A stretch of 64,000 bases of DNA. Origin: a virus. The stretch lies in IMG/VR virus record IMGVR_UViG_3300050120_000158, positions 30,477 to 94,476 of that record. One strand, written 5' to 3'. This document shows positions 37,701 to 47,593 of this stretch, piece after piece. Every line of letters starts with the position of its first letter. Position 1 is the first letter of the stretch. The translations under genes were made by a program, and so were the position numbers. The notes beneath the pieces are model-generated. The model was not told the origin of the DNA. It searched no databases and worked only from the letters and a program-made list of their open reading frames with translations.

Positions 37701-39415
37701 CTGCTTATAATCCGTTTGGACTCTTGCGCATAATTCTTAACGTCGATATCGGCATCAGGAACGTTTCGGTTCTTGATGTAGTCCATGATCACGGGGAGTA
37801 TCTGTGCCGCCATAACGGCAATCGTGGCAACGGTAAATACCGTACCGATAACCCCGGCAACAGCGCCAGCCATGCCCATTGCGGTTCCCGCCACGCCGGT
37901 AGCCGCGTTGACGCGGGTAGTTGTAACATCTGCCGCCCTTACAGGCCGATTGGTAGCCGGGTCAAAGAACCCGAAATTGCCAGTTGATCCGGGGCGGCGT
38001 GACAACTGAGCGCCAGTGATCGAATGCGTATAATCGTCAACTCGCTTTAATTCTCCGTACAGCGTCCTAACGTTGTCAATCGCGGAACGTATCCCGAATA
38101 GATCGCCCGTTCCTGTGAGCTGGGCACCAACCCCGAGCATGCCGGTAAATGCCTTCGTTGCCACGATGGCACCAAGAGCAAGCAATGGCAGATCGACCAG
38201 CAAACTCTTTTGGTTGTTGGTGAGCGAGCGGAAGCCGATAACTGCATCGGTAATACCATTGGCCATCGAGGACAGCGCCGGGGCGAACTGGGCACCGACC
38301 GTAAGACCGAGTTCTGTCACGGCATTTCGAGCAAGCGAGAAGGAACCTGCAAGCGTGACAAGCTGCTGGTTGGCAATTCGAGTCGCCATCTGGGTATTGT
38401 TCAGTGTGTAGTTCATCAAACCCATGTCGGTTTTGATGAGCTTCACCGGATCGTCAATTTCCTTCATTGAGTTACCGATAGCCTTATTGGCGGCGGCAAC
38501 ACGGTCGGAGTAGCCCGAGTCATAATCCTTGCTTGTCGGGGTAGTCTTGGCTTGGAAAGTCTTGGCGCTAAGGGAGTCAAGCAGAACCTTAGCGCCCGTA
38601 GTTCCACGGGTTCCAAAGATGGTATCCAGCGTTTGTATACTGGGGCCAATCTTGGCAAGGTCCGACAACACGTTGAGGAAATTACGGCTTTCCCCCGTGG
38701 TGGTCTGGATCGCAATGCCCATCGCATTGAAGGCTTCTTTAGCCGCCGTGGTCGGGGCCGAGATACGCAACAGAACGTCACGTAGGATCGTACCTGCTTG
38801 CTGGCCACGGTTACCTACGTTGAACAGTTCCGACAGCGCTCCGACGGTTTCTTCGATGCTGGCACCCATCGCGGAGGCGATAGGCGCAACTTGCCTCATG
38901 GCATAGGCAAGCTTTTCCGGGGTCGCTTGCGTCGCTGCAATCGACGCCATGAACAGGTTCGCAACACGGTTTGCATCGGTCGCTGCAAGCCCAAACGCTG
39001 ACATGGAAGTCGCCAGCGTTTCCGCGCTATGTGCAACGTCGCTAAGCGTACCTTGGGAGTACAGCATAACGGCGTTCATGGCCGACAATGACTGGCCTAC
39101 GGTATAGCCCGCCGATGCCAAGAAGTAGAGCGCCGAAGCGCCTTCCGAAGCAGAAAACTTATACGCAAGCGCGAAGTCACGCACCGCGTTTGTCATCTGG
39201 TTAAGCTGTTCGGCGGAACCTTGGGCAACCGAGTTTGCCAAGACCAGCGTTTGCTGCAATTGGGCGAACGACTGTACGGCGGACGACATAGTATACATCG
39301 AGGCTGAGATAGCCGCGAAGTGTGTTGCCATAGTTGCGACGGACATAGCCGCGCTTGTCGCTGTGTCAGATATCGACTTGAACTGGGCCGATGCTGCGTA
39401 ACCGCCCTCAGGCAT
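34742..39415 (-). CDS. tape measure protein
   Basis: 1557 aa, Ala-rich; TP901-type core (LASAG, G..AGT.LR); C-terminal FANGG..MAEAGPEAVVPL. Confidence 0.92.
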   Translation of the reverse strand: MPEGGYAASAQFKSISDTATSAAMSVATMATHFAAISASMYTMSSAVQSFAQLQQTLVLANSVAQGSAEQLNQMTNAVRDFALAYKFSASEGASALYFLASAGYTVGQSLSAMNAVMLYSQGTLSDVAHSAETLATSMSAFGLAATDANRVANLFMASIAATQATPEKLAYAMRQVAPIASAMGASIEETVGALSELFNVGNRGQQAGTILRDVLLRISAPTTAAKEAFNAMGIAIQTTTGESRNFLNVLSDLAKIGPSIQTLDTIFGTRGTTGAKVLLDSLSAKTFQAKTTPTSKDYDSGYSDRVAAANKAIGNSMKEIDDPVKLIKTDMGLMNYTLNNTQMATRIANQQLVTLAGSFSLARNAVTELGLTVGAQFAPALSSMANGITDAVIGFRSLTNNQKSLLVDLPLLALGAIVATKAFTGMLGVGAQLTGTGDLFGIRSAIDNVRTLYGELKRVDDYTHSITGAQLSRRPGSTGNFGFFDPATNRPVRAADVTTTRVNAATGVAGTAMGMAGAVAGVIGTVFTVATIAVMAAQILPVIMDYIKNRNVPDADIDVKNYAQESKRIISSIALGGATPVEQYKQLNDQLKVVKQSFDDLNAGIKVNEGSLETAQKALRDYLAATADKQGHNMTADEIRKGSDLSGTQPMTTMGIEDTDANVDPTQAFIASQADDKKVVELRKAVPQAQSNIKNRLDSIKTIKEAEDNYNKALADIQARPGVATALALDKAKADKVAADIAEAAGFTYQSHAIATAVNKEARAAQLELEKGLAELNTDPFEVQRANIAIVNDKMIKTWEDWADKESKKIDTQFGTLLVGGDFGKALTGQSYIASEIVKIYNDNTGKSETIFKPVLNADGSKKQIQGAIDVLKGGGSDDAVKAALVSALNERLASISKSGESAPKEVLDGINKIKDANSSMIVAWLSKASAVDIVKLKEATPDKQRVNRDLVQTLRDAMFSDQTKMLEQIFSAGGSQDFSIKLKIDTTAINKVYEDALKQLDDEEKKFVDNLEGKYKSDPTLKAQWEQYVNTRTKIITETRNNALHDLAAANANSQTAALNIIKNATDQARIGESAISSQIEALIVGAGGTPSQGLSDVRRLDEQRTQIAKVDADLRAFQEERANLLAHRDALTGSIGKAPTPTFTIAPGASLIGQDGADKLSGQQSDDITVKMNDELARLKNYQKMQAEGIDAFKAIETTQAIIAGYKKQLGQGPANDNGTASTASGTPPKALEPTADPAATKLAIDQTNLEISAIEAKTSALQKYKDLLGSTYETQNSAANKANSDYKQDQANINENIRLYERTGTVTQGLNSGIAKMAISSKTDFQIASDAYTAFANSTATQLTDLLTGQQKNWRAALANIAKSIADTILKALMLRGLSSLFGGVGAIGTGGLPGTAGSSMFGPVAPSANGNIFGFANGGAFTNQIFNSPTMFKFANGGGMNLGVMAEAGPEAVVPLSRGPNGKLGISINDGAMPIGTYGGGSQASGGNLIFSPQSNFNVGANGNAAQPQSTSSKTQRDRLVAMQRDMQREHEDGVGRVIRKYQRPGGALYQGQ

Positions 39416-39809
39416 TGCGGGGTCTCTTTCCTAAGACGCTTACCCCTTCGCCAGAACTTTGACCTTTATCATTTTCCGCCTTATCGCAGGCGGCCATAAT
39501 GGTATCGATCGTAGCCATGACAAACGGAAAAAGCGCCGCTTGGCTCGCCATACCCCCCGCATGAGGCAGGTAACCGTTCTTGTAGAAATTATAAGCGGTG
39601 ATTATCGAATTATACCAGTCGATATTTTCGTAGATCGGACGCCGTGGACAACGCGCTCTCGGGGTACCGTCGATATCGTTCCAGTAGTAGAAAACGGTAT
39701 CCCCGAGCTTTACGTCCTGTTCGCATCCCCGCTCTGCTTGCTTTTTCTTCGCGATACAATCTTTGCAAACATACTGCGGATATAGGCGAACAGCCGTCAC
39801 GGCGTCCAT
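39408..39809 (-). CDS. tail assembly chaperone, T part of the G-T frameshift product
   Basis: In the -1 frame relative to the upstream ORF, immediately before the tape measure gene. Confidence 0.7.
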   Translation of the reverse strand: MDAVTAVRLYPQYVCKDCIAKKKQAERGCEQDVKLGDTVFYYWNDIDGTPRARCPRRPIYENIDWYNSIITAYNFYKNGYLPHAGGMASQAALFPFVMATIDTIMAACDKAENDKGQSSGEGVSVLGKRPRNA

Positions 39810-40225
39810 TATTTTTTTCGGAGGGTATCCGAGGCGGTATTCTTCTCGATAATTTCGTCAGCGAGTTCCGCGATGACCGGACCCGGGATCAACTTGAGAG
39901 AGTCGTCGGACACGATCTTGTACGGCGCACCGCCGACAATCCGGTCAACGAATTCAATCTTGAGTTCGTTACCCTTGGCGTCCTTGAAGTTTGTCCAGCC
40001 CTTGAGGCCGAAGCGCACCATCTCGTAATTCTTGGTGGCCGACTTGTTGACCATCTGCATGCCGCCTTCGCCGGAAATCCAGCTTTGGGCATTGTCCTGA
40101 ATGGCCGACCGGACAATCACATCGACCGCCCCTAGCTCGAAACCGGTTTTCTCGGCCTCGCTTGTCCCATGGTCGTATTTTGAATAGTGAGTCCAGTGTT
40201 CGACGAGTGTAATACCTGTGAGCAT
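39809..40225 (-). CDS. tail assembly chaperone G
   Basis: Between tail tube and tape measure; ends in slippery A-AAA-AAA-TAA. Confidence 0.75.
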   Translation of the reverse strand: MLTGITLVEHWTHYSKYDHGTSEAEKTGFELGAVDVIVRSAIQDNAQSWISGEGGMQMVNKSATKNYEMVRFGLKGWTNFKDAKGNELKIEFVDRIVGGAPYKIVSDDSLKLIPGPVIAELADEIIEKNTASDTLRKK

Positions 40226-40270
40226 CTGCTGCCTTTCGGGCCTCTGGTGCTATTTGCAGGAACCTGCAAG

Positions 40271-40450
40271 CTAATCGATGGTTTTGTTCGCCATCATCTT
40301 TCTTACTTCAGTCCCCGGATTAGCCTCCACGATAGCATCTGCTGCACCGCGCATCAGCTTGATATCGTAGACAATGACCAATTCTACTCCATCCGCAGCA
40401 AACTGCCCAGTCTTCTTTATGATCATGTACACGGGAATTTCAAAAGCCAT
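40271..40450 (-). CDS. small hypothetical protein (59 aa, not in ORF track)
   Basis: MAFEIPVYMIIKKTGQFAADG..., AGGAG RBS. Confidence 0.6.
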   Translation of the reverse strand: MAFEIPVYMIIKKTGQFAADGVELVIVYDIKLMRGAADAIVEANPGTEVRKMMANKTID

Positions 40451-40464
40451 TTATCATTCTCCTA

Positions 40465-40500
40465 AGAGAAAGGGGCCACCGGTTTCCCGATGACCCCTCT
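40465..40500 (-). terminator. terminator after the tail tube gene
   Basis: AGGGGTCATCGG-gaaa-CCGGTGGCCCCT followed by TTCTCT. Confidence 0.65.
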
Positions 40501-40518
40501 GCGCACTCCCCGCCGAAA

Positions 40519-42084
40519 TCAGGAGAAAACGATGCGGATTTCGTCGTCGCCCGTGAACTGGTCTTCCACGAAGCCCATGCTCAGATCATAGATACGCTGC
40601 GTGTTGCGTGCGGCGTAGGCGATATTCGAAAGCTGGATCGTGTTGGACTGGAACTCGACAATGTTGTTCGGCAGACTGCCGACACGGGCATGGAACCGGA
40701 GAATGTCCGCAGCGGCAAGGTGCCGCCAGTACGGCTCGACCGACTCATATTCCATTTCAGGGTTACAGCCGCCCTTCGGATCGCGGGAGCTATACAGCAC
40801 GCCCTTGTAACCATCGGGGTCGGACACCGAGTCCCGGGGGTTAACCACGATGCCCATATCGACGTTGAACGACTGGGCCGCGAGGTTCATGGCACTGCCG
40901 ATAGTAAGCTGCGCCAATTCGACTTGTACTGGGTTGCTTGGCTCAAAGACAGCGTTGAGCGGAAGCGCCTGATCGTCCGGGTTGTGATACTGGCCCGTAA
41001 ACGTGAACGCGGCGGTAGCATACGCGCCAGCGGTCGCCGTGAATGCAACATTCCCGATGCAGCCGGTAAGACGATGGACTGTACCATCGTAATACATGTA
41101 CATCGTAAGCGACTGAAACCCCGTGCTGATCGGCGTCAAGTGGAAGCCGGGTCGCAGAAGTTCAATCGTCCACGTATCATTCAGAGCAAGGCTTCCGGTC
41201 CACGCCATGTTAGCGGAGGCGGCGGAAGAACCAAGAACAATGGCGGTTGTTCCCGTGGTCACCGCAATAACGCCAGCGGTAATCGTTATGGTAACAACTC
41301 CGGTTGCAGCAGCAGCGGAGAAACGCGCGTCAGCGAGCGCAGTGACGGCGGCGGCAATCGCCGTAGCTTCCGTCGCTGCGACGGCGCTTGCGATCACGTA
41401 CTTGAGGCGGATACCGCCAATACTGAGAACAACGATATCCCCAATCTGCGGGGTCGCTACCGTGTACAAAACCGCGAGGGGGTCGCTCTGATCAACGGCA
41501 ACAACCGTCGTCGGAACAACCGAACCGTTCTGCATGATGATGGTCGAGAAATCTTCACTCGGCAGAATGGTCGTATCGTTGGTATCGGTCGGGTTGCCAG
41601 TGACGCGGATTTTCGCCGTAGCCGAAACACCACCAAGGACGACACGGATTTTGTATCGACCATAGTTTTTGGTCGGCGGGGTCGTCTTCGTCCATGTGAT
41701 TGCGGGTCCGCTGTTCTGCGGGTTCGCAAAGATGTTGTTGATGACCGCAGCCGCCGTATTGGCAATGGTCGTCATCGCAAAGCCGCAACCCTTCAACAGG
41801 GTGGCCAACTTGGGTGCAACGCCGGAAAGACCGGAGCCCTTGACTTCGTGGGTGAACGACAACGTAGCCAACTTGCGGCCAACGGCGGTCGGCAATGGCG
41901 ACAGCGACGGACGATAGAAATCACGCTTGAGGACGTTCGGGCTGATCTTCGCATCGGCGTTCATAACGAGAAAAGCGTCAGTCGTCGGAACAGGTCCGGC
42001 GTCCACGTTGTAGGTCGTCTCGATCTTTCCAAGCAGCAACGCTCGCTGCGAGAGGATTGGACCAGTGGAAGTATTCGCGGTCAT
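40519..42084 (-). CDS. major tail tube protein with an internal inserted domain
   Basis: LLGKIETTY..D..P, LLKGCG, C-terminal DDEIRIVF; precedes the chaperones. Confidence 0.8.
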   Translation of the reverse strand: MTANTSTGPILSQRALLLGKIETTYNVDAGPVPTTDAFLVMNADAKISPNVLKRDFYRPSLSPLPTAVGRKLATLSFTHEVKGSGLSGVAPKLATLLKGCGFAMTTIANTAAAVINNIFANPQNSGPAITWTKTTPPTKNYGRYKIRVVLGGVSATAKIRVTGNPTDTNDTTILPSEDFSTIIMQNGSVVPTTVVAVDQSDPLAVLYTVATPQIGDIVVLSIGGIRLKYVIASAVAATEATAIAAAVTALADARFSAAAATGVVTITITAGVIAVTTGTTAIVLGSSAASANMAWTGSLALNDTWTIELLRPGFHLTPISTGFQSLTMYMYYDGTVHRLTGCIGNVAFTATAGAYATAAFTFTGQYHNPDDQALPLNAVFEPSNPVQVELAQLTIGSAMNLAAQSFNVDMGIVVNPRDSVSDPDGYKGVLYSSRDPKGGCNPEMEYESVEPYWRHLAAADILRFHARVGSLPNNIVEFQSNTIQLSNIAYAARNTQRIYDLSMGFVEDQFTGDDEIRIVFS

Positions 42085-42138
42085 GTGGGGCTAGCTCCTG
42101 TGGCGGCTTTCGAGAGAGAGATGTTTGTTTTTTTGGTA

Positions 42139-42342
42139 TTACGCGCGGACACGCTTTCCGGTATCCGGGTCGATTTTGTAGTCGCCGCCGTGCCCATGGT
42201 GCGGATCGCGATCTTCTAAGGTATCGCTGTCCTTCACGATATGGGACGGATGGGCGGGCTTTGCAGGTTCCTGCACCGGGGAAACAACCGGAATGAGGGA
42301 AGCGGCGGGCGGTATGGGGGTCTGCATTGTTTCGTCATCCAT
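42139..42342 (-). CDS. small hypothetical protein
   Basis: GGDYKIDPDTGKRVR; start at ATG 42342. Confidence 0.6.
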   Translation of the reverse strand: MDDETMQTPIPPAASLIPVVSPVQEPAKPAHPSHIVKDSDTLEDRDPHHGHGGDYKIDPDTGKRVRA

Positions 42343-42859
42343 AGCTCTGTATCTCCGATGGCATGTGGTAGGGGTCGCCTTGAACAACCCGGTAATGAAC
42401 TTGGAACGTAAGCAAACCACCGGGACTCGGATCGGTCGCGCTCTCAATCTGAGGCTGGTTGTTGGTCTCGACAACGTTTATCGAGAGACCGCCTAGCTGC
42501 CTATGGTCGATAGTGCCGAACAACACCTGTTGAAGTCTTCCGAGATAGTACCTGAAGGTCGTAAAGTTATCAACGTCCAATAAAGGTGCGAAGGCCCATT
42601 CCACATAAAGCGTGAGAACCTTATCCTCCATCGGGAACATAATATCGCTGGTAGTTTCCGGCCCTTGCTCCAAGCTGTACTTTGGGAATTCCAATGCACT
42701 AGAGCCGTACATCGGGCCTGTTGCTGATACGTTCCAAAAATTGGCGGTCGGGTCTGTGCCGTTGACCTGATCAACATCAAGCATTGCGTTGATACGGTTT
42801 ACCACTTCAGCGACAATCCGCGCCTGTACAGTGAGTGGAACGTTCTTCAAGCCAGCCAT
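42335..42859 (-). CDS. putative tail terminator
   Basis: Synteny; 174 aa. Confidence 0.6.
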   Translation of the reverse strand: MAGLKNVPLTVQARIVAEVVNRINAMLDVDQVNGTDPTANFWNVSATGPMYGSSALEFPKYSLEQGPETTSDIMFPMEDKVLTLYVEWAFAPLLDVDNFTTFRYYLGRLQQVLFGTIDHRQLGGLSINVVETNNQPQIESATDPSPGGLLTFQVHYRVVQGDPYHMPSEIQSYG

Positions 42860-43596
42860 TAGTAATTCGGCACAAGCCGCTCCCCATGCAACTCACTGGA
42901 CGGCGTGATCGAAGGCAACCGCCGCACTTTCAATTGCGGATCGATGCTATCTAGCGTCGCCAAGAATTCCTGATTGTACACTTCGGTAACTGCATCCTGC
43001 ATGATCAGAATGAATTGCGTGATCAAGTCCGGCAACCGACGATCATACGCATTGCGGATCAGCCGCATTTCCTTGAGCTTGATTGCGTCCACCAAGAGGT
43101 ACAGCAGCTTGAGCTTGCCGTCCGTCTTGGACTTATAGGCGACGTACACGTTCTTGTTTTTCTTGGACTTATAGATGAACGAGCCAAGCGAACGCCACGA
43201 ATTGGGGGATAGCCGCTTTGGCCGCCCATCGGGGAAGCAACCATCCAATATTGGGATGGCAATCATCTTGGCGTTTTTGGCTGAGAGCGCTGGCGGATTG
43301 GTGCCGTACTCATTCGCTGCGATGGATTGACTGACTAGGAAATAGCCCCGCATACTCGCTAGGTCGCCGCTGAATACAACGCGGGACGAACTACCAAGCT
43401 CTCCGGCGCTTTTGCCAGATCGACGCGGCCAATCGCTGGAAACGTCCTTAGCAACGCCTGCTAGCCACTCGCGGAATGCCTGCCCCATTTGTGGAGCAAT
43501 TATTTGCTCAAGGTACGGCCCATACTTAAGCCCCCGCAGTTTGCTAATCGCCGAAGGATCAATCCTCGTATTGACGATTTGTAGGCGTGCGGCCAT
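42859..43596 (-). CDS. putative neck / tail completion protein
   Basis: RRSG, EYGT, AKNAKMIAIP; synteny. Confidence 0.6.
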   Translation of the reverse strand: MAARLQIVNTRIDPSAISKLRGLKYGPYLEQIIAPQMGQAFREWLAGVAKDVSSDWPRRSGKSAGELGSSSRVVFSGDLASMRGYFLVSQSIAANEYGTNPPALSAKNAKMIAIPILDGCFPDGRPKRLSPNSWRSLGSFIYKSKKNKNVYVAYKSKTDGKLKLLYLLVDAIKLKEMRLIRNAYDRRLPDLITQFILIMQDAVTEVYNQEFLATLDSIDPQLKVRRLPSITPSSELHGERLVPNY

Positions 43597-44225
43597 TAGT
43601 GCCTGCCAACCATCGGCGCACGGTACGGGGTAAGCATGGCCTGTACTTCGGAAATAAGGCCGGTAGTAGCCGAGACGCTGAATTTCTCAAGGCTACTACG
43701 GGCCTTGGCTTGCTGTTCCTCGCCCATGGCGCTTGCCTTGATACGACCAAGCGTGAATGCAACTTGGATAGAGGTGGCCGTTACGAGCGTTGCAGGAACC
43801 TGCAAGATGCCGTTGGTGACAGCATACCCGCCGATATAGGTAGATCGGAGACCGCGCATATGGTGCCGCAGGCGGGTTACAACCGTGATAAACCCTTGAT
43901 CGTAGTCAACGATGTAGTCGATATTTTCGACAAGGGTTGTCGGCACATAGTTTGGGTTGACGAACACGCCGGTTGGATCGTATTCGAGGACGAAACTTCC
44001 TGCGGTGATCGGAGCTTCCTTGATGCGGAACCGGTGCTGGCCATCGGGAGACATGGTGTATTCAACGTAAGTACCCAGATCGAACTTCCTGCGGCAGAAG
44101 TTCTTAATATTGGTTGAGGTCGAGGCTATCAATGGCGTTATCTGGTTATTGAAACCAGTGAAGCCGGGGGTGATAGGCGCATTAAGCACAACGTCAGTGG
44201 TGGCGCAAAATACACTATCGACCAT
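43596..44225 (-). CDS. head-tail adaptor
   Basis: IKNFCRRKF, Y.GGY..VP..L..A, LTPYR. Confidence 0.7.
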   Translation of the reverse strand: MVDSVFCATTDVVLNAPITPGFTGFNNQITPLIASTSTNIKNFCRRKFDLGTYVEYTMSPDGQHRFRIKEAPITAGSFVLEYDPTGVFVNPNYVPTTLVENIDYIVDYDQGFITVVTRLRHHMRGLRSTYIGGYAVTNGILQVPATLVTATSIQVAFTLGRIKASAMGEEQQAKARSSLEKFSVSATTGLISEVQAMLTPYRAPMVGRH

Positions 44226-44299
44226 CGGTATTCTCCAAGTGTAAAGGGCCGCGACGTGGTTAGCCGCGACCCTCTAGGTAACAAAGACGGTCGAAGACC

Positions 44300-44623
44300 T
44301 TAGCGGCTTAGGGGTACGATTGGCAACCGCCGCATTGGCTTCTTCGATCCATCAAGCGGAGCCTTGCTGGGTTCGGGCTGGTTACGCTTCACATGGAAGA
44401 AAGCCTTTTCGAAGACTTCGCCTTCGCCGTCCGGCACTTCCTCGTGAATTTCTTCCAGAGCAATTCCAGTTTCTTCGTCAACCTTGACAGGCAGGCCGTA
44501 ATTAAACTGCAAATTCTTCCAGAAGTAGACCCGACCCCGAATGAGCGTTGCGGTTGTTACACCTTTCGCTACCGGGGCCGGTTGTGTTGCGGCTGCTCCT
44601 ACCGTTCTTGCTGGTTTCAACAT
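44300..44623 (-). CDS. hypothetical head-module protein
   Basis: After the capsid gene; strong RBS. Confidence 0.65.
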   Translation of the reverse strand: MLKPARTVGAAATQPAPVAKGVTTATLIRGRVYFWKNLQFNYGLPVKVDEETGIALEEIHEEVPDGEGEVFEKAFFHVKRNQPEPSKAPLDGSKKPMRRLPIVPLSR

Positions 44624-44688
44624 GGACTATTCCTTACGAGATTATGGGCGTGTATTACAACAATTACAGATGGTGCAGCGTTGGCGCC

Positions 44689-45642
44689 TTAGCCGATGTT
44701 GATGGCCTTGACGACCATGTTTTCTTCTTCGAACTGGACGGCGAGACGCATGGTCACCACGATGATGAACGCACGCTCGCGAATGTCCTTCGCGAATTCC
44801 ATGCGCAGGTTCCGCTGAACGCCGATGATCAGGTTGTTCGGGTTCATCAGGATCGCGTTGGACGAGGGCATGTAGGCCGCCGATGACATCGGGATGCCGA
44901 GGACGCTCACAGGGAAGTTTCCCTGCAACATCGCATCACCGAGTTGGGTCTGCCGCTGGGCAACCGTCATCCGATAATCGATTTCCTTCGGACGCGACAC
45001 GTACATCTTGTACTTGTTCAGCAGCTTGTAGTATTGCGTCGGCAACGCCTTGATCATGTTGCCGAAAAGCTGCGGACCCATCGGATCACCGGCTTGGTTG
45101 ACGATGTTCGACACGGACTGCTTGATCACGCCGTTCTGCAAGGCGAGGAAGGTGTCGCCCGAGGTGGTGTCGCCGAGGACAACCATTTCTTCCAGATCGA
45201 GCGAGATACGCATCGCCATCATGTCGAGAATGGTCTGCTGGAACGTCGCCGTATCCAGATCGCCACCCTCGATGGAGTCTTCGATGGCTTCGTAGGGCAG
45301 ATCGATTTCGGCGATGACTTCCGAGGTCGTCAGCGTGATGCGCTCGGTGGTCGGCTTGTAACGATCCGTGGGCGACAGCGCACGGGTGCCAGAGATGGCA
45401 TTTTCCGGCGACGAAATCGTGCCCTGATTGGCGGCGCGCAGAATGCGGGTGCCGAAACCCAGCTTGTTGATTTCCATCTTCGGGCGCGACATGGGAACGA
45501 TGCGCGCGTCCTTCAGGATGGTAGGTTCTTCCATCATCTTGCGGAAGAACTTGTTGTTCTGCTGCGTGGTCAGATAGCCACCGGTGCTGACCAGATCGGA
45601 CAGCGCCAGATCGGCTCGCTGGATGAGTTCCTGCTCGTTCAT
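44689..45642 (-). CDS. major capsid protein (HK97 fold, XkdG-like)
   Basis: GGYLTTQQ..F, EDSIEG, DLEE...GDT, NPNNLIIG. Confidence 0.9.
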   Translation of the reverse strand: MNEQELIQRADLALSDLVSTGGYLTTQQNNKFFRKMMEEPTILKDARIVPMSRPKMEINKLGFGTRILRAANQGTISSPENAISGTRALSPTDRYKPTTERITLTTSEVIAEIDLPYEAIEDSIEGGDLDTATFQQTILDMMAMRISLDLEEMVVLGDTTSGDTFLALQNGVIKQSVSNIVNQAGDPMGPQLFGNMIKALPTQYYKLLNKYKMYVSRPKEIDYRMTVAQRQTQLGDAMLQGNFPVSVLGIPMSSAAYMPSSNAILMNPNNLIIGVQRNLRMEFAKDIRERAFIIVVTMRLAVQFEEENMVVKAINIG

Positions 45643-45734
45643 AGTGGGTAACCCCTTGAGTTGCCGTGTTGGTTTTCGAGAGAGATAGTTTTTCTTTTTT
45701 TACGCTGTTACGCGGTAGGTCGGCAGGGAGGGGC

Positions 45735-46985
45735 TTAGAAGCCCGCAACCCGCTTCAGGTTCGCTTGGGCTTCTGCCGTCCGTTCGGCCTTGGCGGCCAT
45801 TTCCGGCGTCGGTTCGGTGCTGGCGGGGGCAACTTCGCCAACGCCCTTCTTGGACGGAGCGCGGGAGGCGAGACCCTGCAACTGCTCGATGGCAGTCGCG
45901 GACTTCTTGGCGGTGTCTGCCGCCGTGGCGCTGGCCTTGGCCACGTCGCCCTTGATCGTGGCGATTTCCTTCTGAAGCGGCTCGACGGCGGCGGCGACGG
46001 CCTTGCCGACGATGGACGCGAAGACTTCCGGGTCGAACGTACCAATGGGACGCACTTCGGCGACGGCAACAACAGCCGGGGCCGCTGCAACCGGTGCAGG
46101 AACCTGCACGGTCTGACTGTCATCAACCGCTTTGACGGCGGGGACGGCGGGAACAACCGGCTCGACTACCGGTTCCTTCTTTGCGGCGATTTCAGTCAAG
46201 ACAGTCACTCCTGCGTTGTGAGCGTCAATGAACTTCTTGACGTTCTCATGTTTCTGGGCACTTTCGGAAGCAAGGGCCGCGACGAACAGCGCGTCAACGG
46301 CGGTAATCATCGAACCCATCTCGTTGCAGATGGACGCAACCTTGGTGGCCCGCTCGGTGGTATCGTCGCCGCCAAGCACGTTGCCGATGGCGGTAAGGGC
46401 GGACGAGAAGATAACTTCGACGCCGGGGGGAACGCCATCGGCCATGCCCGACTCAAGCACGTCCGCGACGGTCTCGCCCTTGGAGCAATAGGCGGCGTAC
46501 CAGTCGAATTTCAGCGCAGTATCCTCGGCCTTGATCGCCGATTTCTGCGTCGAAGCAACCTTGGTGCCAACGAAGCCGGTAATGCCATCGCCCATCGCAA
46601 CCTTGGCGACCTTTTCGAACATCGCGTCCGTGTTGCCTTCGACTTCGGCAACGAAGGTTTCGCCGTCCGCCTTGACGACATAGCCATCATAGCCCTCGCC
46701 CTTGAGGTACTTGTTGACGCTTGCTTCGTCGGTGTACTGGGCTTTCGCGAAGACGATCTTGCGAACGCCAACGGCGACAGCCTTCTGTCCGAGGACAGGG
46801 TGGGATGAAATCGTCGGAGCGGAGGGGCGCGGCTTGATGGCCATGGGTGTCGGTCCTTTTTCGGCGTGTTTGAGGCTGGTGAAGGGTTCTTGGATGGCAC
46901 CATGATTTACAACCGACACGAACTTGGGGTTCGGGTCGGTCAGAATTTTGACCTTTCGGGTCACCGTCTTCGGCTCTGGCGTCAT
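45735..46985 (-). CDS. putative scaffold protein
   Basis: Between protease and capsid; Ala/Pro-rich linker and coiled-coil C-terminus. Confidence 0.65.
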   Translation of the reverse strand: MTPEPKTVTRKVKILTDPNPKFVSVVNHGAIQEPFTSLKHAEKGPTPMAIKPRPSAPTISSHPVLGQKAVAVGVRKIVFAKAQYTDEASVNKYLKGEGYDGYVVKADGETFVAEVEGNTDAMFEKVAKVAMGDGITGFVGTKVASTQKSAIKAEDTALKFDWYAAYCSKGETVADVLESGMADGVPPGVEVIFSSALTAIGNVLGGDDTTERATKVASICNEMGSMITAVDALFVAALASESAQKHENVKKFIDAHNAGVTVLTEIAAKKEPVVEPVVPAVPAVKAVDDSQTVQVPAPVAAAPAVVAVAEVRPIGTFDPEVFASIVGKAVAAAVEPLQKEIATIKGDVAKASATAADTAKKSATAIEQLQGLASRAPSKKGVGEVAPASTEPTPEMAAKAERTAEAQANLKRVAGF

Positions 46986-47593
46986 GGCAATTGATACCTG
47001 TGGGCGTGCTTTTCGGCTATGTCCGTAGCCGTTCCGAACGTAATACTGTGAACGTGTCCGTCTTCAGCGGGAGAAGTGGTACCGCCAATGATGCGCCCGT
47101 CATCATCTATTTGTATGAAAAAATAATGATCATGTCCATCAGCTTTTTCGGTGGCCCCAAAAACCTGCGGGAAAAACGTCAATTCGACTTCTGCATCTAC
47201 CTTCGTAATGTAGGTCTCGACGGAGAAACCATTGTAAATTCCGGCCTTGATATCCGCCCAAAGCGCCGGGTCCTCGATCTTGATCGAGAGTACCCATGAC
47301 CCTTCCGGGTAAAGCGGATGATCGGCGCAGGCAACGTAGCTCTCGACCGCAACCGCCTTCACAACGGTATTGTTGTGCATAAGATCGATTTGATTGTTCT
47401 TGAGAGTGGCCATGAACCGGTGAGCCATAAGCTCAACATCGGCGGCAAGCATCATTTCGTCATGGGTATCCACTACGTCCGGCACGTACACAATCCCGGT
47501 GGCGATATGCTTCTCGGTATCGACGCTCTTGAAAGCAACGTCAACCTGAGTGATGCCGTCCCGGTAGAATTGTTCTAGTGCTTCAAGTTTCAT
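46982..47593 (-). CDS. prohead serine protease (XkdF-like)
   Basis: GIVYVPD..DTH, IDLMH, VESY, GSW, IKAG.YNGFSVE. Confidence 0.85.
   Translation of the reverse strand: MKLEALEQFYRDGITQVDVAFKSVDTEKHIATGIVYVPDVVDTHDEMMLAADVELMAHRFMATLKNNQIDLMHNNTVVKAVAVESYVACADHPLYPEGSWVLSIKIEDPALWADIKAGIYNGFSVETYITKVDAEVELTFFPQVFGATEKADGHDHYFFIQIDDDGRIIGGTTSPAEDGHVHSITFGTATDIAEKHAHRYQLP

Noticed and set aside
40690-46808. Long plus-strand ORFs 40690-42219, 44944-45651 and 45666-46808
   Set aside because: Antisense shadows of the tail tube, capsid and scaffold genes, expected from codon bias
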